64,000 nucleotides of DNA from Candidatus Cloacimonadales bacterium (GTDB lineage: Bacteria > Cloacimonadota > Cloacimonadia > Cloacimonadales > WRIO01). Both the position numbers and the translations under genes were made by a program. Position 1 is the stretch's first letter; every line of letters begins with the position of its first letter. The notes beneath the pieces are model-generated. The model ran no database searches. It saw only the letters and a program-made list of their open reading frames with translations, and had not been told where the DNA came from. The stretch spans positions 16,408 to 80,407 of the forward strand of contig JBAZCP010000001.1 of assembly GCA_041654875.1 (NCBI GenBank), given 5' to 3'. Shown here piece after piece: positions 1 to 8,125 of the stretch.

Positions 1-252
1 CGTTCAGGCAAAATGATATTACCAATGATAAGGCAAGATGGAGAAGCAAAAGATATTTTAAACAATTTAGGTTATCATAAATCATGTTCTATGGAAGATA
101 TACAATCAATAAAAAAGTATATAAAAGAAATTAATGAGGCTCGTTTTGATAACCTGCCTAAAAACAATGCAAACATTGCCATATTCACAAGAGAAAGTCA
201 ATGTTTACAATTAATAAATGAGATTGACTTACGCTTGCCAAATAAAGTGTAA
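1..252 (+). CDS. 3'-terminal fragment of an unidentified protein (5' end lies outside the window)
   Basis: Frame 1 is open from base 1 (cgt tca ggc aaa atg ...) to TAA at 250-252. The track ORF 13..252 is only the part after the first Met. No motif recognised. Confidence 0.3.
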   Translation, partial: RSGKMILPMIRQDGEAKDILNNLGYHKSCSMEDIQSIKKYIKEINEARFDNLPKNNANIAIFTRESQCLQLINEIDLRLPNKV

Positions 253-303
253 GAAATAAAGATTAATGAGTTTATTACATAGTATTAGAATAATGGAGGT
301 TTT

Positions 304-1344
304 ATGATATTATATCCACTAATATTTAGCCTATTTGTTTTGATAATTAGTTTCTTCCTTGTTCCCATAAATATCAAGATATCAAACAAAGTAGGCTTGA
401 TATCTATACCTAACGATCGCAGTGTACATGCACAAAACACTCCTTCTGCGGGGGGATTATCATTTGCTATACCAATAATAATGTCAGAAATCATACTATT
501 ATTCATGATACAAGACGAGTTTTTCCACAAAAACATGTTAGGACTGATAGTTGGAAATATACTCGTACTGACTTTAGGTATAGTTGACGACAAATACTGT
601 CTAAATGCAAAATTAAAGCTTTTAGGTCAGTTATTATTAGCTGTTTCTATGTTTTTTTTAGGTTTTCGGATTGAGCAAATTACAAACCCTTTTGGAGCAT
701 CAATACCAATATATGATTTTTCTTTTCCATTGACATTAATTTGGTATCTTGTTATTATGAATGCTATGAATCTAATTGATGGTTTAGATGGGTTAGCTGC
801 TGGTATAACCATAATATGTTGTATTGTTCTTGCAATAGCAGGATTTTATTATGGAAACATAACTGTTTTAGTCTCCAGCTTATTATTAGCATCAGGTTGT
901 TTATCTTTTTTATACTATAATTATCCACCTGCAAAAATATTTATGGGCGATAGCGGTAGCCTATTTATAGGGTTCCAATTTGCCTCAATATCAATATTAG
1001 GAACATATCAATTAAAAGGACTAACTACAATGACATTACTAATTCCTGTAACTGTATTATTTGTTCCACTTTTAGATGTCTTAACTTCTATATATAGAAG
1101 ATTAAAAAACAAACAAAACATCTTTAAAGCTGATAAAATGCATATCCATCACAGGATGCTAAAAACAGGCTTTTCTGTTAAAACAGTCATGTTAATTTCT
1201 TGGTTTGTAACGCTTTTGTTTGCATTGCTTGCTTTGGGCTACATATTAGTCAATAGACAAATAATGCTCGTTATATTACTGTCTCTAAGTATTTTAACAG
1301 GAATATTCTTTTATTATTTAGTTAAAAAGGAGTTTTTTAAATGA
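304..1344 (+). CDS. Polyprenyl-phosphate N-acetylhexosamine-1-phosphate transferase (MraY/WecA/WbpL family, GT4 polytopic initiating transferase)
   Basis: 346 aa, multi-TM. Family motifs LGIVDDK, NAMNLIDGLDGLAAG and IFMGDSGSLFIGF. GGAGG RBS 5 nt upstream of the ATG at 304. Confidence 0.85.
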   Translation: MILYPLIFSLFVLIISFFLVPINIKISNKVGLISIPNDRSVHAQNTPSAGGLSFAIPIIMSEIILLFMIQDEFFHKNMLGLIVGNILVLTLGIVDDKYCLNAKLKLLGQLLLAVSMFFLGFRIEQITNPFGASIPIYDFSFPLTLIWYLVIMNAMNLIDGLDGLAAGITIICCIVLAIAGFYYGNITVLVSSLLLASGCLSFLYYNYPPAKIFMGDSGSLFIGFQFASISILGTYQLKGLTTMTLLIPVTVLFVPLLDVLTSIYRRLKNKQNIFKADKMHIHHRMLKTGFSVKTVMLISWFVTLLFALLALGYILVNRQIMLVILLSLSILTGIFFYYLVKKEFFK

Positions 1345-3743
1345 GAAGATTAGTTATAATATTATTATTATTTTTGAATACATGCTTCTTATTCTCGATT
1401 AGAAATTGGCAATCTTATACAAATACATCTGCAATATATAAAATTATTACTAAAGATAACAAACTGATCCTCCCTTCATGGGGAGGTGTAAGTACTTTTA
1501 CAACAGATACAAATACTTTTGAAAAGGATTTTATTTTAACTGATGGCTTAAGCGATTCAGATATTGTAGATGTTTTAATCAGCGGTAACACAAGCTACTA
1601 TGTAACTCAGAATCAGGGAGTTGATATATTTAAAAATGGAGTTAGAGCAATTCCATGTAACCAAACTACTGGCTTGATATCAAATAATGCAAAAAATATT
1701 GCTATTTACAACAAAACAATGCCCGATAGTAGCGTAGCAAGCACTTTATTTGTTAGTACAAAAGATGGTATATCTCTTTTTGAAGTCGATGAAGAATTCC
1801 CATATCCTTTATTTATACAAAACCTAACTCAAGATAATTATCTGCAATCAAATAATATAAATGCTATGGTTTTAGATGATGAGGGATACTTATTCATTGC
1901 TGGTAGGTTTGGCTTTTCCGTTGTGCATGCTGATTCGCTTCAAGTTAACTCCAAATGGAAGTATTTTGATACATATAATACAAGCTTAATAAATAACGAA
2001 GTTTTTGATATATCCATAAGAGATGATCAGATAGCACTTGCAACCAAGAGCGGCTTATACATAACGACCAAAGACTTATTATTTAATCAAAATCATCTTA
2101 CATCATATTTCTCATTTGATGCAATTAATTCAGTTTATATAGATGATAACTATGGTATATGGGCATCTTTTGGTTACATCTCAGAGAGTACTGGTTTCTA
2201 TGAGCCAGACCCTGAGAATAAGCAGTTTGTATATATAAAAGATAACGAGAAATATGTAAACTTACATACAAACAGTTTAGATCCAATTTTCATAACTGAT
2301 TTTGCATGTGTAGATTCAAAAATATGGGCTTCTACATGGGGGGAAGGTATTTATTTATTAAGCTTTGATGTTTTTGATGGGTTTGAGCTTGAGAGTTTTA
2401 AACAAAATAGTGTATCATCTAATGCAATTACAAAGCTTTGTGTTGATAATAACTCAACTCTCTGGGTAGCAGATGGTTATATGGGTGGACCAGCATTAGC
2501 TCGTGGAACAAGAGGTGTCTCAAGTTTTGGCAATAATCAATGGATACATTATACCTATAAAAACTCAGATTTAATCAGCAATAATATTTTGAGAATTGCC
2601 GTTGATGCTCAAAATAGAAAGTGGTTTGGCTCTTGGGATAGACATCAAAATCCATGGGGTAATGGCGTATCCGTTTTGGATGACTCAGACCAAAACAATT
2701 TAATTTGGCATAATATCAGCTCTGGACTTATTTCAAATACAATATCGGAAGTAGCTTTTAATCCAAAAGATAACAATATGTGGATAGCATCAAGCCAAAG
2801 TGGTATTAATGTTGTAAGCCCTAATTATCAAATCCTCAACCCTGTATATCTTAGTCTAACTAACTCACAGGACCCAGTAAAGATATATTTTGCAGAGGAT
2901 AAAACGTTTATAGGCACGCAAAGATATGGTATAGTGTATTGGGACAACGATGGTATACCTGAAAGCGGTGGAGGGTTTTGGAAGCGACCAGCTCCGACTC
3001 CTCTGTTGTCTGGTTTAACTTATGGCATCACATCAATTAATAATAATTATAGCACTGAATATTGGTTTGCAATGCAATCAGGACTATACATGTTTGATGG
3101 TTACAATTGGTATGAATATACTGTCAGCAGAAAAAGAAAGATATGGAATGCAGGCAGTTTCTTCGATGAAACATATTACTTTGCTGATGAGGAACGCTTA
3201 TTTGCTGGAAATCCATCATCACCATCATGCATTCTGGCTGATCCTTTTGGCAGAATTTGGGTTGGATCACTCGGACAAGGAATTAGTATTTACGATACTC
3301 ACGAAAATTCATATACAAATATTAATGTTCAAAACTCACCGATTTTATCAAATTATATAAGTGATTTAGCTTATGATCCATTATCAGGGAAGATGTTTAT
3401 AGCTACTAATAAAGGTCTAAACTCTGTTGAAATTGGTAAACAATATAAAACAACAAAAGATCTGGGCTCCATAATAGCCTATCCAAATCCATTTTATCCG
3501 AAAGAAGAAAGTTATATAACTTTTAAAAATACTGCAACTGAAACCATGCCAATCGGTAAAAATACTTGTAAAATATTTGACTTGAATGGGCAACTTGTGA
3601 TTGAGTTAAAAGAAAATAGATTTTTTGAGTTTGAATGGAATGGTAAAAACAGCTCAGGAAATGACTGTGCAAGTGGGATTTATTTTTACCTGATAGAAAC
3701 AAACCAAGGAGCAAAAAAAGGGAAGTTTGTGATAATAAGATAA
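1341..3743 (+). CDS. Secreted beta-propeller repeat protein with C-terminal FlgD-Ig/T9SS-type sorting domain
   Basis: 800 aa. N-terminal signal peptide (MRRLVIILLLFLNTCFLFS). Repeated Reg_prop-like units (IWASTWGEGIYLL, LWVADGY, MWIASSQSGINVV, RIWVGSLGQGISIYD, MFIATNKGLNSVE). C-terminus AYPNPFYP...CKIFDLNGQLV...WNGKNSSGNDCASGIYFYLIE. ATGA start/stop overlap with the upstream transferase. Confidence 0.75.
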   Translation: MRRLVIILLLFLNTCFLFSIRNWQSYTNTSAIYKIITKDNKLILPSWGGVSTFTTDTNTFEKDFILTDGLSDSDIVDVLISGNTSYYVTQNQGVDIFKNGVRAIPCNQTTGLISNNAKNIAIYNKTMPDSSVASTLFVSTKDGISLFEVDEEFPYPLFIQNLTQDNYLQSNNINAMVLDDEGYLFIAGRFGFSVVHADSLQVNSKWKYFDTYNTSLINNEVFDISIRDDQIALATKSGLYITTKDLLFNQNHLTSYFSFDAINSVYIDDNYGIWASFGYISESTGFYEPDPENKQFVYIKDNEKYVNLHTNSLDPIFITDFACVDSKIWASTWGEGIYLLSFDVFDGFELESFKQNSVSSNAITKLCVDNNSTLWVADGYMGGPALARGTRGVSSFGNNQWIHYTYKNSDLISNNILRIAVDAQNRKWFGSWDRHQNPWGNGVSVLDDSDQNNLIWHNISSGLISNTISEVAFNPKDNNMWIASSQSGINVVSPNYQILNPVYLSLTNSQDPVKIYFAEDKTFIGTQRYGIVYWDNDGIPESGGGFWKRPAPTPLLSGLTYGITSINNNYSTEYWFAMQSGLYMFDGYNWYEYTVSRKRKIWNAGSFFDETYYFADEERLFAGNPSSPSCILADPFGRIWVGSLGQGISIYDTHENSYTNINVQNSPILSNYISDLAYDPLSGKMFIATNKGLNSVEIGKQYKTTKDLGSIIAYPNPFYPKEESYITFKNTATETMPIGKNTCKIFDLNGQLVIELKENRFFEFEWNGKNSSGNDCASGIYFYLIETNQGAKKGKFVIIR

Positions 3744-3744
3744 A

Positions 3745-4542
3745 TCACTTTTGGCACTCTTTGCAATATCTTGTGCTTCTTCCAGCTTGCTTAATGTATT
3801 CTAATTTATTATCACATATTGGACAATTATCTTTGCCATAAACTTGCAGAAAGTTCTGGAACTCGCCAGTCTTATCATCGACACGACGAAAATCTGAAAT
3901 TGTTGTGCCATTATTATCAATTGCAATTAATAAAGTGTTCTTTGTATTATAAATAATTTTTTGCCATTCATGTTTCTTTATTGTTTTGGCTTTTCTGGTT
4001 GGATTGATTTTACTGTGAAAAAGTATTTCTTGAACATAAATATTTCCAATGCCAACTACTATTTCTTGATTCATTAGAAATGGTTTAATTTCTTGATTTC
4101 TATTCTTTGCTTTTTGATAAAGAAAATCTACATTAAAGTCATCTGTTAATGGCTCAATACCAAGTTTTGCAAACTGATCATTTGTCTGATTCTGCTCGTT
4201 AATATAAATCTTACCAAAACATCTAATGTCATCAAAATGGATTTCATCGTCATTATCTATATAAATAATTGCTCTTGTATATTTGCTATCGAAGTTATTG
4301 GTAATGGGGAAGATGAGTTTACCAGTCATCCTTAAGTGAATTACAAGTTGTTGACCTTTAGATAAAGAGATAACAATATATTTTGCCCGACGTTCAATTT
4401 TGCTTATAGTTTGATTTTCTATAAGTTCAGTATTGTAAATAATAGTGTTTTCACGTAAAGGCTCTATGCTAAGAATTTTTCGTCCAATCAAAAGATTGCT
4501 TAATTCTCTGCAAATTGTTTCAACTTCTGGTAATTCTGGCAT
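3745..4542 (-). CDS. mutM: Formamidopyrimidine-DNA glycosylase (Fpg/MutM)
   Basis: The track ORF runs to 4617, but the canonical N-terminus MPELPEVETI (catalytic Pro2) starts at the ATG at 4542-4540. C-terminal zinc finger CPICDNKLEYIKQAGRSTRYCKECQ. The upstream 25-codon extension runs into the GC-rich repeat and is probably not translated. Confidence 0.9.
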   Translation of the reverse strand: MPELPEVETICRELSNLLIGRKILSIEPLRENTIIYNTELIENQTISKIERRAKYIVISLSKGQQLVIHLRMTGKLIFPITNNFDSKYTRAIIYIDNDDEIHFDDIRCFGKIYINEQNQTNDQFAKLGIEPLTDDFNVDFLYQKAKNRNQEIKPFLMNQEIVVGIGNIYVQEILFHSKINPTRKAKTIKKHEWQKIIYNTKNTLLIAIDNNGTTISDFRRVDDKTGEFQNFLQVYGKDNCPICDNKLEYIKQAGRSTRYCKECQK

Positions 4543-4615
4543 TAATTTAGTCCTTTTAAATGCGATTGAATATGGGTTGATATGTACAGGAAAAACAATT
4601 GATATTCTCTTGAGC

Positions 4616-4640
4616 ATCCCGTTACCATCCCGTTACCATC
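4616..4640. repeat. 11-bp tandem repeat ATCCCGTTACC, about 2.3 copies (copy A of the intergenic element family)
   Basis: Direct reading: ATCCCGTTACC ATCCCGTTACC ATC. The 29-nt string GAGCATCCCGTTACCATCCCGTTACCATC (4612-4640) is identical to 33636-33664. Confidence 0.9.
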
Positions 4641-4668
4641 TCCCTGCTATCTTGGAGAAGTAGGGGGA
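4640..4668. other. Conserved GC-rich hairpin with an 11-nt loop TCTTGGAGAAG (module shared with 54134-54156), followed by a G-run/GGA-rich tract to about 4694
   Basis: CTCCCT(G)CTA / TAGGGGGA gives 8 bp with one bulge. TGCTATCTTGGAGAA (4645-4659) is identical to 54141-54155. Lies in the gmhA-mutM intergenic spacer. Confidence 0.6.
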
Positions 4669-4745
4669 ATGTTGGGGGAGTGAAAGGGGTGTGGAAAAGA
4701 CTATATAAAGAATGTAAATCAATTTAAACCAAAAAATATATTAAC

Positions 4746-5324
4746 TTAATAAAGCTCAGGGAATAATATTCGTTCAACTTCTTCTATGATAGAATGCAGT
4801 ATAAGCATATGTATTTCTTGAATTCTGTCTGTTGTCTCTCCAGGAATGATTAGTTCATAATCGCACATTCCTTTAAGCTTGCCACCGTCTTTACCTAAAA
4901 GAGCAAGGGTAATCATTTGTTTGTTTTTAGATTCTTCAACAGCTTTTATAATGTTTTCAGAATTCCCACTTGTTGATATACCTATAAAAAAATCATCTTC
5001 TTTTCCATAAGCTTCGATAGCTCTTGAGAAAATATATTCAAATCCAAAGTCATTACCAACGCAAGTAATATGTGAGCTATCTGTTAATGATATTGCAGGG
5101 AGTGCTTTACGATTTTTTCTGAATCTTCCAGTAAATTCTTCTGCAAAATGCATTGCATCACATGCACTACCGCCATTGCCAGCAATTAATACTTTTTTCC
5201 CAGATTCGAAGCAAAAAGCTATTGTTTTACTAATTTTCGTTATGGTAGTAATGTTTTCTTCATTTTCATAAAATTCTTTAATCAGTTTCATCAATGTACT
5301 TGCATTACTTATGTGTAACGACAT
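4746..5324 (-). CDS. gmhA: D-sedoheptulose-7-phosphate isomerase (phosphoheptose isomerase, SIS domain)
   Basis: 192 aa. LIAGNGGSACDAMHFAEEFTGRF and GISTSGNSENI motifs typical of GmhA. AAGGAG RBS upstream of the start. Confidence 0.9.
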   Translation of the reverse strand: MSLHISNASTLMKLIKEFYENEENITTITKISKTIAFCFESGKKVLIAGNGGSACDAMHFAEEFTGRFRKNRKALPAISLTDSSHITCVGNDFGFEYIFSRAIEAYGKEDDFFIGISTSGNSENIIKAVEESKNKQMITLALLGKDGGKLKGMCDYELIIPGETTDRIQEIHMLILHSIIEEVERILFPELY

Positions 5325-5339
5325 ATTTTCTCCTTTAGC

Positions 5340-5366
5340 AAAAAAAGGCTGTCATTACTGACAGCC
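5340..5366 (-). terminator. Rho-independent terminator of gdhA
   Basis: The minus strand reads GGCTGTCA-gtaa-TGACAGCC followed by T7, 24 nt after the gdhA stop codon. Confidence 0.85.
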
Positions 5367-5389
5367 TATATTATTTGGTTTATAAATAA

Positions 5390-6727
5390 TTATACAACAC
5401 CTAAATCACACATTGTTTCAGCTACTTTTACGAAGCCAGCAATGTTTGCACCTTTAACGTAGTTTATACTACCGTCTTCTTGTCTTCCATACTCAACGCA
5501 AGTTTTATGGATATTAACCATAATTGAGAATAGTTTTTCGTTAACTTCATCAGCACCCCAGCTTAAGTGCATAGCGTTTTGAGTCATTTCAAGTCCTGAT
5601 GTAGCAACGCCACCAGCATTTGCAGCTTTTCCAGGTCCAAAGATAATTTTTGCTTTTTGGAATTCGTGAACAGCTTCAGGTGTACAAGGCATATTAGCAC
5701 CCTCTGTTAAGCACATAACGCCGTTTGCAATAAGTTTTTTCGCATCGTCAAGGTTGAGTTCATTTTGAGTTGCACATGGAATTGCAACGTCGACTTTAAC
5801 TTCCCAAGGTTTTTGACCAGCATAGAATTTTGCACTTGGGAATTTATCTGAATAGTCTTGAGCTCTGTTTCTATTTGAATTACGCATTTCAAGCATATAA
5901 TCTATTTTTTCACCAGCGATACCTTCTTCATCATAAATGTATCCGTCAGGTCCTGAAATAGTAACAACTTTAGCACCTAATTCATTAGCTTTTTTAACAG
6001 CACCCCATGCAACTTGACCAAAGCCAGAAATTGCAACTGTTTTGCCTTTTAATGATGTACCAGCTTCTTTTAATTGCTCTTCGCAGAAATAGATAATACC
6101 AAAGCCTGTTGCTTCTGGTCTCATGATACTTCCACCCCAATTGAGGCCCTTACCTGTGATAACGCCAGTGTGTTCGTTTGTAAGTTTTTTATACATACCG
6201 AACATGTAACCAACTTCACGTCTGCCAACGCCAATGTCGCCAGCTGGAACGTCAGTGTCAGGTCCAAGATGACGGAATAATTCGAGCATGTAGCTTTGGC
6301 TAAAACGCATCATTTCGCCTTCTGATCTGCCTTGAGCGTCAAAATCTGCTCCACCTTTACCACCACCCATTGGGAGAGAGGTCAAGCTGTTTTTAAAGAT
6401 TTGTTCGAAACCTAAAAACTTTAAGATTGAAAGGTTTACTGATGGATGGAAACGAATTCCGCCTTTGTATGGTCCAATAGCTCCATTGTACTGAACACGA
6501 TAACCGCGATTAACTCGAACGTTACCTTCATCATCAACCCATGGAACACGGAAAATAAATGTTCTGTCTGGTTCAACGATTCTTTCAAGAACGTTAGCTT
6601 TTACAAAGCGTGGATTTGAGATATAAGTATCCCATACTGTTTCTACAACTTCTTCTACTGCTTGTAAGAATTCTGGTTCTCCAGGATTTCTTGCTGCTAC
6701 CTTGTCTAGAAATTCTTTCATTGTCAT
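5390..6727 (-). CDS. gdhA: NADP-specific glutamate dehydrogenase
   Basis: About 445 aa. LPMGGGKGGADFD active-site glycine-rich/Lys motif and GFGNV-like GFGQVAWG dinucleotide fold. The track start at 6739 is a TTG; the ATG at 6727 has GGAGG 5 nt upstream and gives MTMKEFLDKV. Confidence 0.95.
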   Translation of the reverse strand: MTMKEFLDKVAARNPGEPEFLQAVEEVVETVWDTYISNPRFVKANVLERIVEPDRTFIFRVPWVDDEGNVRVNRGYRVQYNGAIGPYKGGIRFHPSVNLSILKFLGFEQIFKNSLTSLPMGGGKGGADFDAQGRSEGEMMRFSQSYMLELFRHLGPDTDVPAGDIGVGRREVGYMFGMYKKLTNEHTGVITGKGLNWGGSIMRPEATGFGIIYFCEEQLKEAGTSLKGKTVAISGFGQVAWGAVKKANELGAKVVTISGPDGYIYDEEGIAGEKIDYMLEMRNSNRNRAQDYSDKFPSAKFYAGQKPWEVKVDVAIPCATQNELNLDDAKKLIANGVMCLTEGANMPCTPEAVHEFQKAKIIFGPGKAANAGGVATSGLEMTQNAMHLSWGADEVNEKLFSIMVNIHKTCVEYGRQEDGSINYVKGANIAGFVKVAETMCDLGVV

Positions 6728-7230
6728 TTTGACCTCCAAGATTTATTCTTTTGATTTAATGTTTAAAAATCGAGCTTTAATGTCAAGTAAAATTATAATG
6801 AAAAACAAGATTTATTAAATAATACAATAAATCTGAGGATAACAGTATAAAGAATCGTTAGATAAAGTGTTGATATGGTTTTATATAATTTATTAATTGT
6901 ATATGTTTTGAGAATCTTTGTTGTAAAAAAAATATAAGTCAAAGTGTTGTTTAATTGGAAAAACTAAATATTGCATATTTAAAGCTATTTGATATAAGTA
7001 GTATAAAGTGTTATTTTAGATTTAATAAATGATATATTCAATTTATATATACCCCTTTCAAATGAATAATATTGAAAATTATTGGGGGTAAGTATTGCGG
7101 TAATCTTTACATTGCATGCAGCTTTTGTTTTACTTTGTTTAAAGCTTTAGTATGCAACAATTTTTGCCAGATAATTACGTAATAGCTCCTGATAAAACTT
7201 TTAAACTTTTTGGTTTTTAAGAAAACTAAT

Positions 7231-7277
7231 GAATACAACTTATAAATTTTGCTTTGCCTGAATTTATCGATGTATTC
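7231..7277 (-). terminator. Possible terminator of the glycan operon (long interrupted hairpin)
   Basis: GAATACA/TGTATTC plus ATAAATT/AATTTAT arms (14 bp, 12-nt loop). Begins 31 nt downstream of the stop at 7308. The minus strand continues ATTAGTTTTCTT, which is only moderately U-rich. Confidence 0.35.
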
Positions 7278-7307
7278 CATTAGTACTTCTGACGTTTTAT
7301 CTAAATC

Positions 7308-7739
7308 TCATATTTTATCTTTTTTCAATTGTAAAAAAAAAGTAAAATCTCTAATATAGTCTTCTTCTAAATAGTTATTTGAAGCTAATACTAAACAAAC
7401 TGCACTTCCTGAAAAATTTATTAGCTCTCTCCAAATACCTGGTACAATAATTAATCCTACATTTGGTCTATTGAGAGTGATCGTTTTTTTATTCCGAGAG
7501 TCATCTAACATCACATCAAAAGAGCCACTTATTGCGATTAGTAATTGATATAAAGTTTTATGTGCATGTCCTCCTCGTTCTGCTCCTGAGGGAATATCAT
7601 AAAGATAGTAAACTCTTTTAGCTGCAAATGGAATATCGATTTCATTTTCAATTACAGTAATATTACCTGCTCTATTTTCAATTTTGTTTAAAGTAATCTT
7701 ATTACAATCATAGATTGTTGATATTTTTAAATTCATCAT
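7308..7739 (-). CDS. dTDP-4-oxo-6-deoxyhexose 3,4-ketoisomerase (FdtA/QdtA/WxcM-type cupin), paralogue 2
   Basis: 143 aa. FAAKRVYYLYDIPSGAERGGHAHKTLYQLLIAISGSFDVMLDD matches the WxcM/FdtA cupin core (RGGHAH). Confidence 0.8.
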   Translation of the reverse strand: MMNLKISTIYDCNKITLNKIENRAGNITVIENEIDIPFAAKRVYYLYDIPSGAERGGHAHKTLYQLLIAISGSFDVMLDDSRNKKTITLNRPNVGLIIVPGIWRELINFSGSAVCLVLASNNYLEEDYIRDFTFFLQLKKDKI

Positions 7740-8115
7740 AATTCCTTATGTAATCGTTTGCATTATAATAATCTGACGCTAAAACCAAGCACACAGCATT
7801 AGTTGAAAAATTCTCTAAGTTTTTCCAAATCATCTTTGGTACATAGATTCCGTAATAGGAACGATTTAATGAAAATACTTTTCTTTCATCTCCATCATCT
7901 AAAACTAAGTCAAAACTTCCAGATAAAGCTATAATAAATTCATTGAGAGTCCTATAAGCATGTCCTCCTCGTATCTGTCCTCCTGGGACATCATAAATTA
8001 AGTACGATCTTTTAATGTCGAATGGTATATGATTGTTACTCTCAACAAAAGACAGGTTACCTCTATCATCTTCAATTTTTGGTAACTGTATTTTTTGTAT
8101 GTCACTTAATTTCAT
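7708..8115 (-). CDS. dTDP-4-oxo-6-deoxyhexose 3,4-ketoisomerase (FdtA/QdtA/WxcM-type cupin), paralogue 1
   Basis: 135 aa. FDIKRSYLIYDVPGGQIRGGHAYRTLNEFIIALSGSFDLVLDD. Overlaps the downstream paralogue by 32 nt. Confidence 0.8.
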   Translation of the reverse strand: MKLSDIQKIQLPKIEDDRGNLSFVESNNHIPFDIKRSYLIYDVPGGQIRGGHAYRTLNEFIIALSGSFDLVLDDGDERKVFSLNRSYYGIYVPKMIWKNLENFSTNAVCLVLASDYYNANDYIRNYDEFKNINNL

Positions 8116-8125
8116 AGTTATTCCT

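Noticed and set aside
3022-3360. 112-aa plus-strand ORF with a His-rich run (HHHHH)
   Set aside because: It is an alternative frame inside the well-supported 800-aa propeller CDS. The composition is an artefact of the CAT/CAC-rich frame shift.
4616-4640. The 11-bp tandem repeats at 4.6 and 33.6 kb considered as a CRISPR array
   Set aside because: The units are directly abutting with no spacers and are only 11 bp long. There are no cas genes in the window.
4445-4663. 72-aa plus-strand ORF, and the 25-codon N-terminal extension of the mutM ORF (4543-4617)
   Set aside because: The plus-strand ORF is antisense to the mutM 5' end and runs into the GC-rich repeat. Fpg must begin Met-Pro-Glu-Leu-Pro-Glu (ATG at 4542) for the catalytic N-terminal proline.
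4675-4694. GGGGGAGTGAAAGGGGTGTGG resembles the GGGUGAAAGGGUG segment of bacterial RNase P RNA
   Set aside because: The whole intergenic spacer is 203 nt, too short for an RNase P RNA of 330-400 nt. The other universally conserved RNase P blocks (for example GAGGAAAGUCC) are absent.
7041-7090. ACCCCTTTCAAATGAATAATATTGAAAATTATTGGGGGT inverted-repeat cluster as a riboswitch or attenuator
   Set aside because: Only short, mutually exclusive AT-rich pairings bracketed by CCCC/GGGG. There is no match to any riboswitch core I know, it is far (over 300 nt) from either flanking gene, and the evidence is insufficient.
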